From positions 2,867,956 through 2,931,955 of the forward strand of contig OZ244861.1 in the NCBI GenBank assembly GCA_965221065.1: 64,000 nucleotides of DNA, read 5' to 3'. The translations under genes were made by a program, and so were the position numbers. Shown here piece after piece: positions 30,640 to 42,227 of this stretch. The notes under the pieces are model-generated. The model had not been told where the DNA came from and did no database searches. It worked only from the letters and a program-made list of their open reading frames with translations. The DNA comes from Dehalococcoidia bacterium. Lineage in GTDB: Bacteria; Chloroflexota; Dehalococcoidia; Bin125. Within the stretch, counting starts at the first letter, position 1. Each line of letters begins with the position of its first letter.

Positions 30640-31665
30640 GTGATGCATCCGAGCGACCGTGCAATCCGCGAAATCGGACGCCGCGCCGCGCGAGGCGTGG
30701 TTGAGCTACTCGGCGTCGGATACGAGCGTCCGTTGATCGCTGCGGTGTCGGGAGGCGCAGACTCTTCGGCAATGCTGCTGCTGCTCGCTGATACCACCGC
30801 CCGGCACGGTTGGAGCATGCGCGCCGCACACATCGATCACCTGATTCAGTCGGATTCAGTGCGCCGGACGTTTCGATCGTCCAGCCGGGAGCTTGCCGAT
30901 CTGGTCGGCGTGCCATACCACGTGGCCCAAGCAGACGCGCCGTCGGAGGCCGAACGTGCGTCCGCAGGCCTCGAAGCAGCGGCCCGCGCGGTTCGTTATC
31001 GAGCGTTGAAGCAGCTGGCGCTGGACTGTGGTGCGCCGGCCATCGTGGTCGCCCACACCCGGGACGACCAGGCGGAGACGGTCCTGCTGCACATGATCCG
31101 CGGCTCAGGCCTCGATGGCCTGAGTGGGATGCCGCAAGTCCGCGATCTGGGCGACGGTGTGCGTCTGGCCCGTCCGCTGCTGGACGTAACCAGAGCCGAA
31201 ACCGTGGCCGTATGCGAGGCCTACGGTGTGACGCCGGTCGACGATCCGTCCAACGACGAGCCGATCTACACCCGAAACCGCGTGAGGCAGTCGTTGCTGC
31301 CCATGCTCGAATCCTTCAATCCCAACATCTCGGAACGACTGGCCGAGCTGGCGAAGTCGGTCGGCGCCGATCGTGAGCTCCTGGAGCTGGTCGGCAGCCA
31401 GACCCTGCAGCAGCTCCGTGGAGCGAGCGGCAAACTCGCCCGTCGCCAGTTCCTGGCGCTCCCCGGGCAACTCCAGGTGCGCGTGATCAGGGCGTTCTGC
31501 GCCGAGCAGGGCATCACGTTGACGGCGGAGCGCACCGCTGCGGCGCTGCAGGTGATTCTGCATGGTCATGGCCTGGTGGAGCTGTCTGGTCGACATAACT
31601 TGACTGTGGCGAGGGGCACAATTGCACTTGCTCCACCGTGCCCACCGCAGGATGTCGCTGGTTGA
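30640..31665 (+). CDS. tilS: tRNA(Ile)-lysidine synthetase
   Basis: PP-loop SGGADSSAMLLLL, HIDHLIQ, and the VAHTRDDQAETVLLHMIRGSGLDGLSGM motif. Confidence 0.88.
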   Translation: MMHPSDRAIREIGRRAARGVVELLGVGYERPLIAAVSGGADSSAMLLLLADTTARHGWSMRAAHIDHLIQSDSVRRTFRSSSRELADLVGVPYHVAQADAPSEAERASAGLEAAARAVRYRALKQLALDCGAPAIVVAHTRDDQAETVLLHMIRGSGLDGLSGMPQVRDLGDGVRLARPLLDVTRAETVAVCEAYGVTPVDDPSNDEPIYTRNRVRQSLLPMLESFNPNISERLAELAKSVGADRELLELVGSQTLQQLRGASGKLARRQFLALPGQLQVRVIRAFCAEQGITLTAERTAAALQVILHGHGLVELSGRHNLTVARGTIALAPPCPPQDVAG

Positions 31666-31897
31666 CATCGCGGATCGCGCCGGGCTACTATTGACGTCTG
31701 CGCAAATGCAGGGCGCACCAGATGGTCAAGCGCCAGGCGCCCCGCATCGGCCAGGCCTTAACAATTGGAGAGCGGAAGTCCAGTGTGCTTGGGGAGCCCC
31801 CCAAGTCCGGAATCGCGCCGTTTCGACGCCTTCGGGCGGAAGAATGGCGGCGATGTCCGAACAATCTCTACCTTTGCAGCCGACTCGATCGGCTGAT

Positions 31898-33400
<1,503 letters not shown>

Positions 33401-33640
33401 AGGGAGATTTCCTCGCACACGATGCGGGGAATGCCTGCCGATGATCCCATCATCGGTTGAGCTCCCAGGTCGATCCGCCAGCCCACTCAGTAATGAGGCG
33501 GGCGCTCCGAGGCCGAAGCCCCTAACCCGGGCCCAGGCCGACGGGTCAACGGCGTGATTTGGCTTCTCAAATGCACTGACTTCCGCTCTCCAACGGTTAA
33601 GGCCAACCACCTCCGATGTGTATAGGCCGGAGACCATCCC

Positions 33641-33717
33641 GGGCCATTAGCTCAGCAGGTTAGAGCGCAGTCCTGATAAGACTGAGGTCCCTGGTTCGAG
33701 TCCAGGATGGCCCACCA
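33641..33717 (+). tRNA. tRNA-Ile (anticodon GAT), rrn-spacer type
   Basis: GGGCCATTAGCTCAGCAGGTTAGAGCG, anticodon loop CTGATAA, GGTTCGAGTCCAGGATGGCCCACCA; 240 nt after the 16S. Confidence 0.88.
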
Positions 33718-35294
33718 TCATGTACCGAATTGCGAACTCCTTCGGCGAGCGCTACTTCAGCAGCATCTTTGCGGCCGATCGGGCTGTCTTCCGGCATCGG
33801 GATCGTGTAGTTGATCACAGCCCGTCCGGGCTCGACGTCGATCCGCTTGATGAACGTGCGCAGGAACGCCTTCGACTCGGTGATGTCGCTGGTGCGCAAG
33901 AAGTCGGCCATGTCGGCGGCGAACTCAGCCACCACCTCAGCCTTGTCCAGCAGCGTGCGCCGTTCGGCCAGAGCCTTCCTGGCCTGCTCGGCGGCTGTCT
34001 CTAACTGCTCCTTGCGCGCCATGTGCTCGCGGATGCGCGGCGCCGCGTCATCGATTTCCAGGTCGGTCTTCTCGATCACGCGCCAGATGCGGTCCAGCAT
34101 CTGGCGGATCTCGCGCAACTCCGCCTCAATCATCTCCAATCGCTCGCGCTCCTGGTGTGCGGCGCCGTCCATCTCCTCGTCCAGCATCTTGACCAACTCG
34201 CGGATGTTGCTCTCGGTCAGCACGTGGTCGCGGAGTTGGTTGAGGATCAGGGTCTCGAACCGCTTGGCGTTGAGCCGGGGCGTCTCGCAACTGCCTGAGC
34301 CGCGCTTGAGCAGCGAGCCGCAGACGTAGTAGGAGTAGCGCCCGCCCTTGGCCTCGGACGCCGTCAACTGCTTGCCGCAGAGCGCGCAAGCGACCAGACC
34401 GGAGAGCAAGTAAGGGCTGGACGCGCGGCGCGGGTTGGACTTGGCCGGCGCCCGCGCTTCGAGCATGGTTCCCACCTGCTCGAACTCTTCCTTTGAGACG
34501 ATCGCCGGCACCGCATCCTCGACTCGGACCGGCTCAGATCCGTCGGTCGCCTTCAGTCCCCAGACCAGGGTGCCCATGTAGACCTCGTTGGAGAGGATCT
34601 TGTGCACCGCGGTCTTGAGCCAGCGCTTGCCCGTGGCCGAGGGAATGCCCTCTGAGTTGAGCGTCTTCACGATCTCGAGGATGCTCTGGCCGCGCAGCGC
34701 CATCTCGAAGATGCGCCGCACGACGGCGTCCCGGGGCGGGTCGAGTTCGAGCCGAGGTCGCTGCTTGCCGCCGTCCGTGACGTAGACCTTGCGGTAGCCG
34801 AGCGGCGCGTGCGAGGCCAGGTAGAAGCCGCGCGAGGCCGACTCGCGCATCCCGCGGCGGACCTCCTGGGCGAGGTTCTCGGAGTAGAACTCGTCCACGC
34901 TCTCGATGATCGCTTCCATCAGCTTGCCGGTCGGGGTGTCGTCGGCGTGCTCGGTGATCGAGGTGACGCGGATCCCTCTGCGTCTGAGCATCGACTTGAA
35001 GGCGACCGCGTGTTCTCGCTTGCGCGTGAACCGAGAGAACTTCCAGACCAGGATCTCCTGGAACGGCGCATCCGTCCGCTGGGCTTCGTCGAGCATCTTC
35101 TGGAATTGCGGCCGGTCGGCGACGCGGCCCGACTCCGCTTCATCGACGTACTCCCGCACGACGCGGTAGCCGTTGCGCCCGGCGAAGTCGCGCAAGGCGC
35201 GCAGTTGAGCGGCGACGGAGAGGTCGACGTCCTGGCGGTCTGAAGAGACGCGGGCGTACAGCGCCGCTGGAATCTGATCGAGTGGTTGTTTCAT
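33660..35294 (-). CDS. Large serine recombinase (integrase) of integrated mobile element
   Basis: N-terminal resolvase domain ALYARVSSDRQ with catalytic Ser; recombinase domain; zinc ribbon CALCGK..YYVCGS..GSCE; long coiled-coil. AGGAG RBS. The last ~19 codons lie antisense within tRNA-Ile. Confidence 0.88.
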   Translation of the reverse strand: MKQPLDQIPAALYARVSSDRQDVDLSVAAQLRALRDFAGRNGYRVVREYVDEAESGRVADRPQFQKMLDEAQRTDAPFQEILVWKFSRFTRKREHAVAFKSMLRRRGIRVTSITEHADDTPTGKLMEAIIESVDEFYSENLAQEVRRGMRESASRGFYLASHAPLGYRKVYVTDGGKQRPRLELDPPRDAVVRRIFEMALRGQSILEIVKTLNSEGIPSATGKRWLKTAVHKILSNEVYMGTLVWGLKATDGSEPVRVEDAVPAIVSKEEFEQVGTMLEARAPAKSNPRRASSPYLLSGLVACALCGKQLTASEAKGGRYSYYVCGSLLKRGSGSCETPRLNAKRFETLILNQLRDHVLTESNIRELVKMLDEEMDGAAHQERERLEMIEAELREIRQMLDRIWRVIEKTDLEIDDAAPRIREHMARKEQLETAAEQARKALAERRTLLDKAEVVAEFAADMADFLRTSDITESKAFLRTFIKRIDVEPGRAVINYTIPMPEDSPIGRKDAAEVALAEGVRNSVHDGGPSWTRTRDLSLIRTAL

Positions 35295-35640
35295 CGGAGG
35301 TGTCCTTATCTCCTGGCCGTCTGACGGAATTGTGGCAGTTCAATGTTCGAAACATCGTAGCCGGATCAGCAGGCAGTGATCCGAGATTCTTCACCTCGCC
35401 CGGTCTGGACCTGCCTTGTTGTTGGGAGTGCTATGTCAGCGGTGACCGACCGAGGCGTCAGGCCGTGTTAGACAAAGGCTGCAACCATGCCGTTCCCTAG
35501 TGAATAGGATCTGAAGATGCGGTGAGTTTGACTCCCTTGAGCGCAGAAGGCGGCGCACGGCGGTGCTCTCACTCTGGATGGCCGACGATTGCCATACGCT
35601 GGACTCCATGTGACGAAAGGGTGGAGGAGTCAGACGCATC

Positions 35641-38600
35641 GTGAGGGGAAAGCGGAAGTCGAAGGGCAGACGAAGGAACGAGCAGAAGAGAAGTCGTCGG
35701 TCTGAATCGCCTGCAACTCCGATCCCGCGTCCTCGGCGCCAGAGTGGGCCGGCGAGGAAGGGCGCGGAACTAGAGGTACTGCAACCCAGTCCGGCGGTAG
35801 GTGACGAGTCATGGCTACCTGCAGCCTGGGAGATATCCCGCTCAGGCGCGACAGCAGGACGAGGGTTCCACTTCCAGGATGTGGTCGGTGCGTGGCTGGC
35901 TTCGCGTCTGGCATCGGGTGGCCTGAGCGCCGACAGCCTGATCCCTGAAGGTATCGACGACCTGCAAGTTGAAGGGCCTGAACCGATCCAGCTGGAGGTT
36001 AAGTCGCGTCAGACGCGAGTCGGACCATTTCCGGTCAAGGATGGCGCGCCGGTGATCTATGAGTCCCTGGTTCGGCACTCAGAGCGCTTTGGGAGCGGGC
36101 GAAAGCTGAAGGTCGTCCTCGAACAAGGATTGGTCGGCCTCGATGCTCAGGAGGACGACGGGATCAGAGCACTCCCGCTAGCCAAGGTACTTGAGGGCGT
36201 CCCAGCCCTCGGCAAGTCCGTCGCGAAGCGAATCGACGGAAGCGAACTCTCCACGGCGGAATTCGAGACCCTCACCTCACTCACTGAAGTGATCATCGGC
36301 ACTTGGGGCCAATTCCTTCAGGACACTGAGCACCACATTCGGCAGTTGGTGGCGCTCCCTCCAGCCGCCCTAGGCAGCATCTCACTCTCAATTCGGTCGA
36401 TGGTGGCCGACGCGGCCGACGCCAACGCCGACCCGGAGTTCGGGCGCCGAGTCGAACTGGACAAGACCGCTGTCATCGATCGGATAAGTGAGGCGGCAGC
36501 GTTGTTGGACATCGACTCAATTGAGACTGCGCTGAGTCGAGGAATCTGCAGTCCGCTGGACGCGACGCCGGTGGAGACTGGTGATGCGTATTACGAGGGC
36601 GTCTCCACTCAGCCGGGACACGTTGCTGCGGGGCTGGTCGTGCCACGGCCTGATCTGAGCGGGAGGGTGGTCCATGGATTGCGGGCAGAGAAGGCCGTCC
36701 TGTTGACGGGGCCATCGGGCGTGGGCAAGTCGGCGGCGATGTGGTCGCTGCCGTCAGCACTCCCTGGAGTCGTCTGGTTTCGCCTTATCCGCGTCACAGA
36801 CGCGGATCTCGCCGATATCGAGCGATTGGTTCAGGCCTACTCCACGTCATCGAGGTGGTCGGTTGGCCTGTTAGCGGACGCGGTCGGGCGGGGAGAGTTT
36901 GAAGCCTGGTCTCGATTGCGCGAGAGAATCGCCGCTATCCCTGGCGCTCTCTTGGTCGGCACGGTGCGCCGCGAGGACTTGTGCACGCTTGGTGAGCTTG
37001 CCGATTGCCACCTTGTGACCGTCGCGCTCGACGAACCAGCGGCCGAGGTCATCCATGCCGGACTGCTTCGTCGAGGTGCCACCTCTGTCCCCTATTGGCG
37101 AGAGGCGTATGAAAAATCGGACGGTCTCACGATGGAGTTCACGTATCTACTGACACGCGGTGCACGGCTGCGCGATGTCGTTGCCGATCAGGTCGGCGAC
37201 CGGGTACGACAGGGTCGCGAACTCGAGCTGCAAGTTCTTGCGCTCGTGTCGACCGCTGATCGCTGGTCTGCCTCGGTGCCCACCCCTGAACTGCAAGAGC
37301 GGCTTCAAGTCGATGCTTTTGAGCTCAAGGCCGCCATGGCACGCCTCGTCGAGGAGCATCTCGTCGTCGACCGCGGCGGCAGCGTCAGCGGCGTGCACCA
37401 GGTCAGATCTGAAGCGATTTCAGAAGCGATTCATGAGTACCCGCCCCCGCTTCTGAGCGATACTGTCTCCGCCGCCCTGAAGATGCTCCGAGTCGAGGAG
37501 CTCTCTCGCTTCGCGTATGAGGCGCTGCGCGATGTGCCAGATCTGGAATCCCTCGTGCTAGGGACCCTACGAGACATGGGTCAGGAGGACATTGAACAGT
37601 TGCTAGCCGGTCTTCGGGCCTTGGAGATGGTCGACTTTCACCGACAAGCGTCGGCGTGGGCCGAAATCACGGAGCGGCACGAAGTGCCGCCGGCGCATCG
37701 TCCACTCGTGTTGGAATTCACCGCAGCCAGCTTGGACTTTCCGGATCTCTTTCCGCAGTCGCTTGTCTCGGCAAGCGAAGAGATCCGCGAGCTGCCAGTG
37801 CAAAGCACGATGCGCGACAACTTGCTTGAGATGTTTGGGTTGGAGCAGATCGCTATTGCATTGAACACGGTGTCTGACCCGAAGGAATGCGCCCGTCTGC
37901 TCAGAGCGGCGCGGGGCACGTCTGTGGATTGGGCTCCATTGGTTGAGTCGCTAGAGAGTTCCTCAACCCTGCCTAGCGCCCTCGAACACGCCGAAACCAG
38001 TGAACTGAGCGAGTGTGTTGAGGCGGCGCGCGATGTGTCCGTGAGTCTGGCGGAAGCGGTTGTGCATGCTGCCGGCGGCGTAGAGGCCGTGATGCAACGG
38101 ATTCGCATAGGAGATCCATGGCTCCGTGAGCTGAAGATCGAGCGCGTAGAGGGCCGAACAATAGGTTTAGCTCGATACCTCCACGTCTCGTATGACCAGC
38201 AGGACGATGCCCGTGATCGCTCCGTCGCCCTTGGACGCCAACTGCTGAGGCTCTTGCCATCAATCGACCAAGTCGACATCAAACCCTTGGGTCCAGACGG
38301 CGAGGTTCTCAAGATAGGAGGTCAGGAAGTCGCATCCTCTGGATTGCTGCGTCGTTACGATCATGGTTCGGTGGCGATCAGCTGGAATCGTCAGCGGTTC
38401 CAACTCGCACAGTCGTTGCTCGGTGTTTCCGAGACCGAAAGACTGAGCGAACTGGCCAGGCTTCTCGGAGAAACTGCGGCACTTTGTCGAGATTACGGTG
38501 CGGAGTTGGTTAGGCCTTCTGGTCAGTTGAGCGAGACTGAGCGCCTGAATGAGCGTCGGATGCGCATTGACGCGCAAGCTAGAGCGATTCCCCCTCCGCG

Positions 38601-39726
38601 AGGAGACGATCAATTCGATGAGCCCCAAAGGGAGGACCAGGTTGGCGACGCGCCGGACGGGGATCTGTCGTCCTTCATTACGAACATCACGGATAAGAGC
38701 CTGCCCAGACTCCATCACCCCCAACAATGGACCGCACTTTCGGCCTGGCTCAGCGACACCGTGCTGCGGAAGAACGTGGACCACTTCGGTGAGTTGGACT
38801 GGCGGCTGGTCGGCCTCGACGGCCCGCCAGATGCACTAGGTGAGATCTCAGAAACCTTGGATCATATTGACGCTGTGTTGCGCGCAGTTGTCGCAGATCC
38901 GACTGCCATCAGCGCGATTCTGAACGAAGCACGGCGGGGCAATCGGAGGAATGCACTCGCACGCGCTGCTGACGTAGCAAGGCGAGTGTCCCAGAAACAG
39001 ACAAGGCAACGACTCTTGGTGATCGAGACGGCATTGCGCTCGGTCGTGGAGGACGTCGACCTCTATTGGCTCGACAGCGATCGGCGCAGAGGGCTATCCG
39101 AAAGCTTCGCGGTCGGAGTCTCTGTCAGCTCATTGGTCGAATGGAATGCCGCGCTGGAATTGCTTCTTGAAGAAGTTGGCGAGCTTCGCAAGCCAGCCGA
39201 GACTCCGATCATCGCGCCAATCCTAAGGGGCAAGACGGCTTGGAGATTCGCGGTTCAGCTGGTGCCTCAGCCCTGGCCGGTAACAGAGCCCGGCGAGTTT
39301 GAGCGACTGCTGCCTGCACCGATCGAGGAGCGTTTGACTGAACAAGTCGTCAAGTGCCACTCGGCGCTTCAGGTTTTGTCTGGGATCTCGGTTCTGGGTG
39401 TCGATGGGGAGATAGACACGAGACTGAGTCCCGTTGTGGAGCAGGCAGTTCAGGAAGTTACTAAGGCCAATGCGTTGATTCTGGAACTAGGTTCTGATGA
39501 CGTGATCTTGGAGATCGGCATGTGGTTGCGAGAAATTGCCAATCAAGTGAACGCTGAGCTAAAGGGGGACGCCGAACCGGGTGAGTACGCGGCAAATGTC
39601 TGGTCGGGTGCATTTGCCGCCCCATCGCCGGATAGCGAGACATTGAACACTGTTCTCGCCCTCAGCCTGGAGTGGGATGCTAGTCCCGACGGGGCTTTGG
39701 CTCTACTAGAGACGTTGATTCCGTAG
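35641..39726 (+). CDS. Giant STAND-like P-loop NTPase (1361 aa) with putative N-terminal PD-(D/E)xK-like nuclease region; Avs-like antiviral ATPase candidate
   Basis: Walker A VLLTGPSGVGKSAAMW. About 50 aa later hhhhD (SVGLLADAVG). About 25 aa later LLVGTVRRE (TxR). The N-terminal IDDLQVEG..IQLEVKSRQ is a D..E-x-K-like motif. GTG start with GGAGGAG RBS, immediately next to the integrase. Confidence 0.6.
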   Translation: MRGKRKSKGRRRNEQKRSRRSESPATPIPRPRRQSGPARKGAELEVLQPSPAVGDESWLPAAWEISRSGATAGRGFHFQDVVGAWLASRLASGGLSADSLIPEGIDDLQVEGPEPIQLEVKSRQTRVGPFPVKDGAPVIYESLVRHSERFGSGRKLKVVLEQGLVGLDAQEDDGIRALPLAKVLEGVPALGKSVAKRIDGSELSTAEFETLTSLTEVIIGTWGQFLQDTEHHIRQLVALPPAALGSISLSIRSMVADAADANADPEFGRRVELDKTAVIDRISEAAALLDIDSIETALSRGICSPLDATPVETGDAYYEGVSTQPGHVAAGLVVPRPDLSGRVVHGLRAEKAVLLTGPSGVGKSAAMWSLPSALPGVVWFRLIRVTDADLADIERLVQAYSTSSRWSVGLLADAVGRGEFEAWSRLRERIAAIPGALLVGTVRREDLCTLGELADCHLVTVALDEPAAEVIHAGLLRRGATSVPYWREAYEKSDGLTMEFTYLLTRGARLRDVVADQVGDRVRQGRELELQVLALVSTADRWSASVPTPELQERLQVDAFELKAAMARLVEEHLVVDRGGSVSGVHQVRSEAISEAIHEYPPPLLSDTVSAALKMLRVEELSRFAYEALRDVPDLESLVLGTLRDMGQEDIEQLLAGLRALEMVDFHRQASAWAEITERHEVPPAHRPLVLEFTAASLDFPDLFPQSLVSASEEIRELPVQSTMRDNLLEMFGLEQIAIALNTVSDPKECARLLRAARGTSVDWAPLVESLESSSTLPSALEHAETSELSECVEAARDVSVSLAEAVVHAAGGVEAVMQRIRIGDPWLRELKIERVEGRTIGLARYLHVSYDQQDDARDRSVALGRQLLRLLPSIDQVDIKPLGPDGEVLKIGGQEVASSGLLRRYDHGSVAISWNRQRFQLAQSLLGVSETERLSELARLLGETAALCRDYGAELVRPSGQLSETERLNERRMRIDAQARAIPPPRGDDQFDEPQREDQVGDAPDGDLSSFITNITDKSLPRLHHPQQWTALSAWLSDTVLRKNVDHFGELDWRLVGLDGPPDALGEISETLDHIDAVLRAVVADPTAISAILNEARRGNRRNALARAADVARRVSQKQTRQRLLVIETALRSVVEDVDLYWLDSDRRRGLSESFAVGVSVSSLVEWNAALELLLEEVGELRKPAETPIIAPILRGKTAWRFAVQLVPQPWPVTEPGEFERLLPAPIEERLTEQVVKCHSALQVLSGISVLGVDGEIDTRLSPVVEQAVQEVTKANALILELGSDDVILEIGMWLREIANQVNAELKGDAEPGEYAANVWSGAFAAPSPDSETLNTVLALSLEWDASPDGALALLETLIP

Positions 39727-39851
39727 TCAGGTTGAGACTTTCGTGGCACCGTCATCATCCTTGGACACGGCAGCAGGGGGCACCATCGCGCAGAAGTCCC
39801 AAATCTGGACCGAGGCAATGCGCTCTTCGGAGGCTCTGGAGACCAAGCCGA

Positions 39852-40778
39852 CTAGGCGGACGAGCGCCTCCGCATGATTGGATCGGCCCCTCGAAGCACC
39901 TCAATGGCGTCTTTCACGCTGCCGAAGACGAGAGCCGTGAGATGACAGATCATCAAGGCTTCGCATTGCCATCGAAGCCGGTACAGATCAGCCCCTCGAA
40001 CGACAAACTGCTCATGGCGCTCAGTGTGATGGACGTTGAAGTTTCGCGTTGCCTGCACGCGCTTGGCAAAGTCGGCGCAGTCCCCATTGAGTTCCAAGAG
40101 ATCCGCGAAGGGTTCACACAGCCGCCGGATGCGACTCGGAAGGCCTGCGCTCACCCCGATCCCGAAAGCTGGAGCATAGGTGTCAAGGGCTTCCACGACC
40201 TTAAGGAACTGAAGGTCGCCAGGCAGTACGCCATCGCCATATCGGGCGTCGAAGAACAGGCCGAACGGCTGTGGCCACCCGCGATAAGCAGCAATCCAGT
40301 TGGCCAGCGCGGCTGAGAGGCCGCCGGGAAGGTCTTGATGGGAAAACGTCGCTAGCCAGTGCTTGACGTTCGGCCCTTCGGTGCTGTGTTGCCTGGACTC
40401 GAAGAAAATCTGCACTTGAGTTCGATGGTCTTGGTTGGTGTCGATTGTGTTGTCGTGGGCGGCGAGATAGCCATCGAGTGACGTGATCGCAACCGGATTG
40501 TCCGTGGCCAAGCAAAGGAAGTCGCGCAGACGTGCGGCCCAATCAATCAAGTCATCGATGTCCCACGAGTCGGAGGTCGAGAGGGTGAAGTGTGCCCGCT
40601 GAGTCACCTGTGCTTCGGTGGACCATGGTGAGGGACTCGGAATCGAGTACCCGAACCCGACCTTGCCTTCTACAAATGATCTATCCGCAACGGCACGGGT
40701 GCAGGAGCCTTGAACGTGATCGTGGCCTGACCTACATCGATGTCGTGCTGAGCGGAGATGCCTGACATGCCGAGCCAT
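39852..40778 (-). CDS. Hypothetical protein (308-aa ORF; possibly the 3' part of a frameshifted gene with 40670..41194)
   Basis: Only one in-frame Met, at the ORF start; overlaps the upstream ORF by ~108 nt in a different frame; no recognisable domain. Confidence 0.4.
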   Translation of the reverse strand: MARHVRHLRSARHRCRSGHDHVQGSCTRAVADRSFVEGKVGFGYSIPSPSPWSTEAQVTQRAHFTLSTSDSWDIDDLIDWAARLRDFLCLATDNPVAITSLDGYLAAHDNTIDTNQDHRTQVQIFFESRQHSTEGPNVKHWLATFSHQDLPGGLSAALANWIAAYRGWPQPFGLFFDARYGDGVLPGDLQFLKVVEALDTYAPAFGIGVSAGLPSRIRRLCEPFADLLELNGDCADFAKRVQATRNFNVHHTERHEQFVVRGADLYRLRWQCEALMICHLTALVFGSVKDAIEVLRGADPIMRRRSSA

Positions 40779-41194
40779 TCATCGAGACCTTCTATCCGGC
40801 AGGTCAATCGTTCGAAGCGGGGGCCGAGCTTGCCGAAGTGTCCGCCCACCAACAGAACATTGGCGAATATCCTGGCGGTGGCGAAAATCGCCCCACTAAC
40901 CGGTGCCTGAAGCCCGCTATCTGCTCGGAGACAACCGATTAGAGTCACTGCTCCGTGTTGCTGCGTGTATCCGAAGACTCGTCCAATCTCAGCGCCAGCC
41001 CCATGCAGCGACTCGCTGGCCAACGAAAGCAGGTCCGTGCTCATGTAACCAAAGGTCTCGAGAATGACGACGCCGCTTGTTGAGACGGTCAAGGAACCTG
41101 GCACCTGACTGGCCCGAGTACGGTCTGCCGGCAGCCAGAAGAAGCCGGAGTCACTGAACTCTGTTGTTCTCATGAATACGAGCCTAGGTGCCAC
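40670..41194 (-). CDS. Hypothetical protein (174 aa; possibly the 5' part of a frameshifted ~450-aa gene)
   Basis: ATG start; protein-like sequence; its 3' end overlaps 39852..40778. Confidence 0.4.
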   Translation of the reverse strand: MAPRLVFMRTTEFSDSGFFWLPADRTRASQVPGSLTVSTSGVVILETFGYMSTDLLSLASESLHGAGAEIGRVFGYTQQHGAVTLIGCLRADSGLQAPVSGAIFATARIFANVLLVGGHFGKLGPRFERLTCRIEGLDEWLGMSGISAQHDIDVGQATITFKAPAPVPLRIDHL

Positions 41195-41447
41195 TGTTCA
41201 TGGAGACTCGCCTTTCCTGATATGGAAGCGACTACTCCTCTGCCCGTTGACCCCAGAGCCGTTCATACGGCTTCTGAGCGTCCGTTGTGCTCCATGCACC
41301 GGACCCAGCAACGGTTGGTCCTTGCCGCTCGGCGGCCAGCGACGTTGTAGGGAAGCCAAGAGTACCGTTGTGGTAGGAATGCAATCTGAATCGGCAACCA
41401 CTTTGGCTTTGCAGCGTCAACGGGAATCTCAGGATCTGCCCTGAACT

Positions 41448-42227
41448 TCACTCCCTGACTATCCCCGTTCCAGCCTGTCGCCACTCGGCATGCACGATGC
41501 AGGCGTCAAGCCGAACGCGGCGTACCGTGACCTTGGCGTCAGAGCGATCCAAGGCGACGACAGCTGCCTCCGCGCCATTGACGAGACAGGGAATGGCGGG
41601 GGCGTCGCTGGCAAACGCCTCAATCGGAGAATCGTGAATCGAGTCGAAGATGCTGGTCGGCACTTCGACCAGCTGATAGTGGTGCGGCACGGCGTCTGCC
41701 GCCTCGCGAAACGCGCGCAGCATGACGATCTGCGTCACGTGCTCCTGGTATTCGCGGAAGAGCGCCTGGGTGCGCTGACGCCGATCTCTCGCGGACCTGA
41801 CGTCCTGAATCCAAGCCGCTTCGGTCAGTTTGGAGATGTGCAGGAACGTAGGCGACAGTCTCCTGGCGGCGGTTGATTTGAGCGAGAGTCGCCGCACAGG
41901 CTCGTCACCTGGATAGACGGCGAGGTCCAGGAAGCGATGGGTGGCCGACTCCGGCGTTTCGACTCGCCAGCCGATGTGCTCGCAGGCGTTCTGGAAGACC
42001 GACTCGAAAGACTTGAGACCGAGCGGAACCGTAGTCGCGCTGTGGTGAACCGAAAGCGCCAACCCAAAGTACTCGATCCAGTCCGGCTGCTCTGTGAGCC
42101 AGGTGCCGCGCGCCTTGATCTCCGCCTGTGGTGCATCGGACAACGAGTCGACGACCTGGGCGACGAACTCGATCTGCACCGGCGAGAACGTCTCAAGCGT
42201 GGCCTTGAGTTCTTCCAGCGTCAGCAT
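41448..42227 (-). CDS. Putative Type II restriction endonuclease (assigned by position only)
   Basis: Its start overlaps the methyltransferase stop (ATGCTGA at 42221..42227); 259 aa; weak D..(S/E)xK-like stretch FLDLAVYPGDEPVRRLSLKS; no database support. Confidence 0.4.
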   Translation of the reverse strand: MLTLEELKATLETFSPVQIEFVAQVVDSLSDAPQAEIKARGTWLTEQPDWIEYFGLALSVHHSATTVPLGLKSFESVFQNACEHIGWRVETPESATHRFLDLAVYPGDEPVRRLSLKSTAARRLSPTFLHISKLTEAAWIQDVRSARDRRQRTQALFREYQEHVTQIVMLRAFREAADAVPHHYQLVEVPTSIFDSIHDSPIEAFASDAPAIPCLVNGAEAAVVALDRSDAKVTVRRVRLDACIVHAEWRQAGTGIVRE

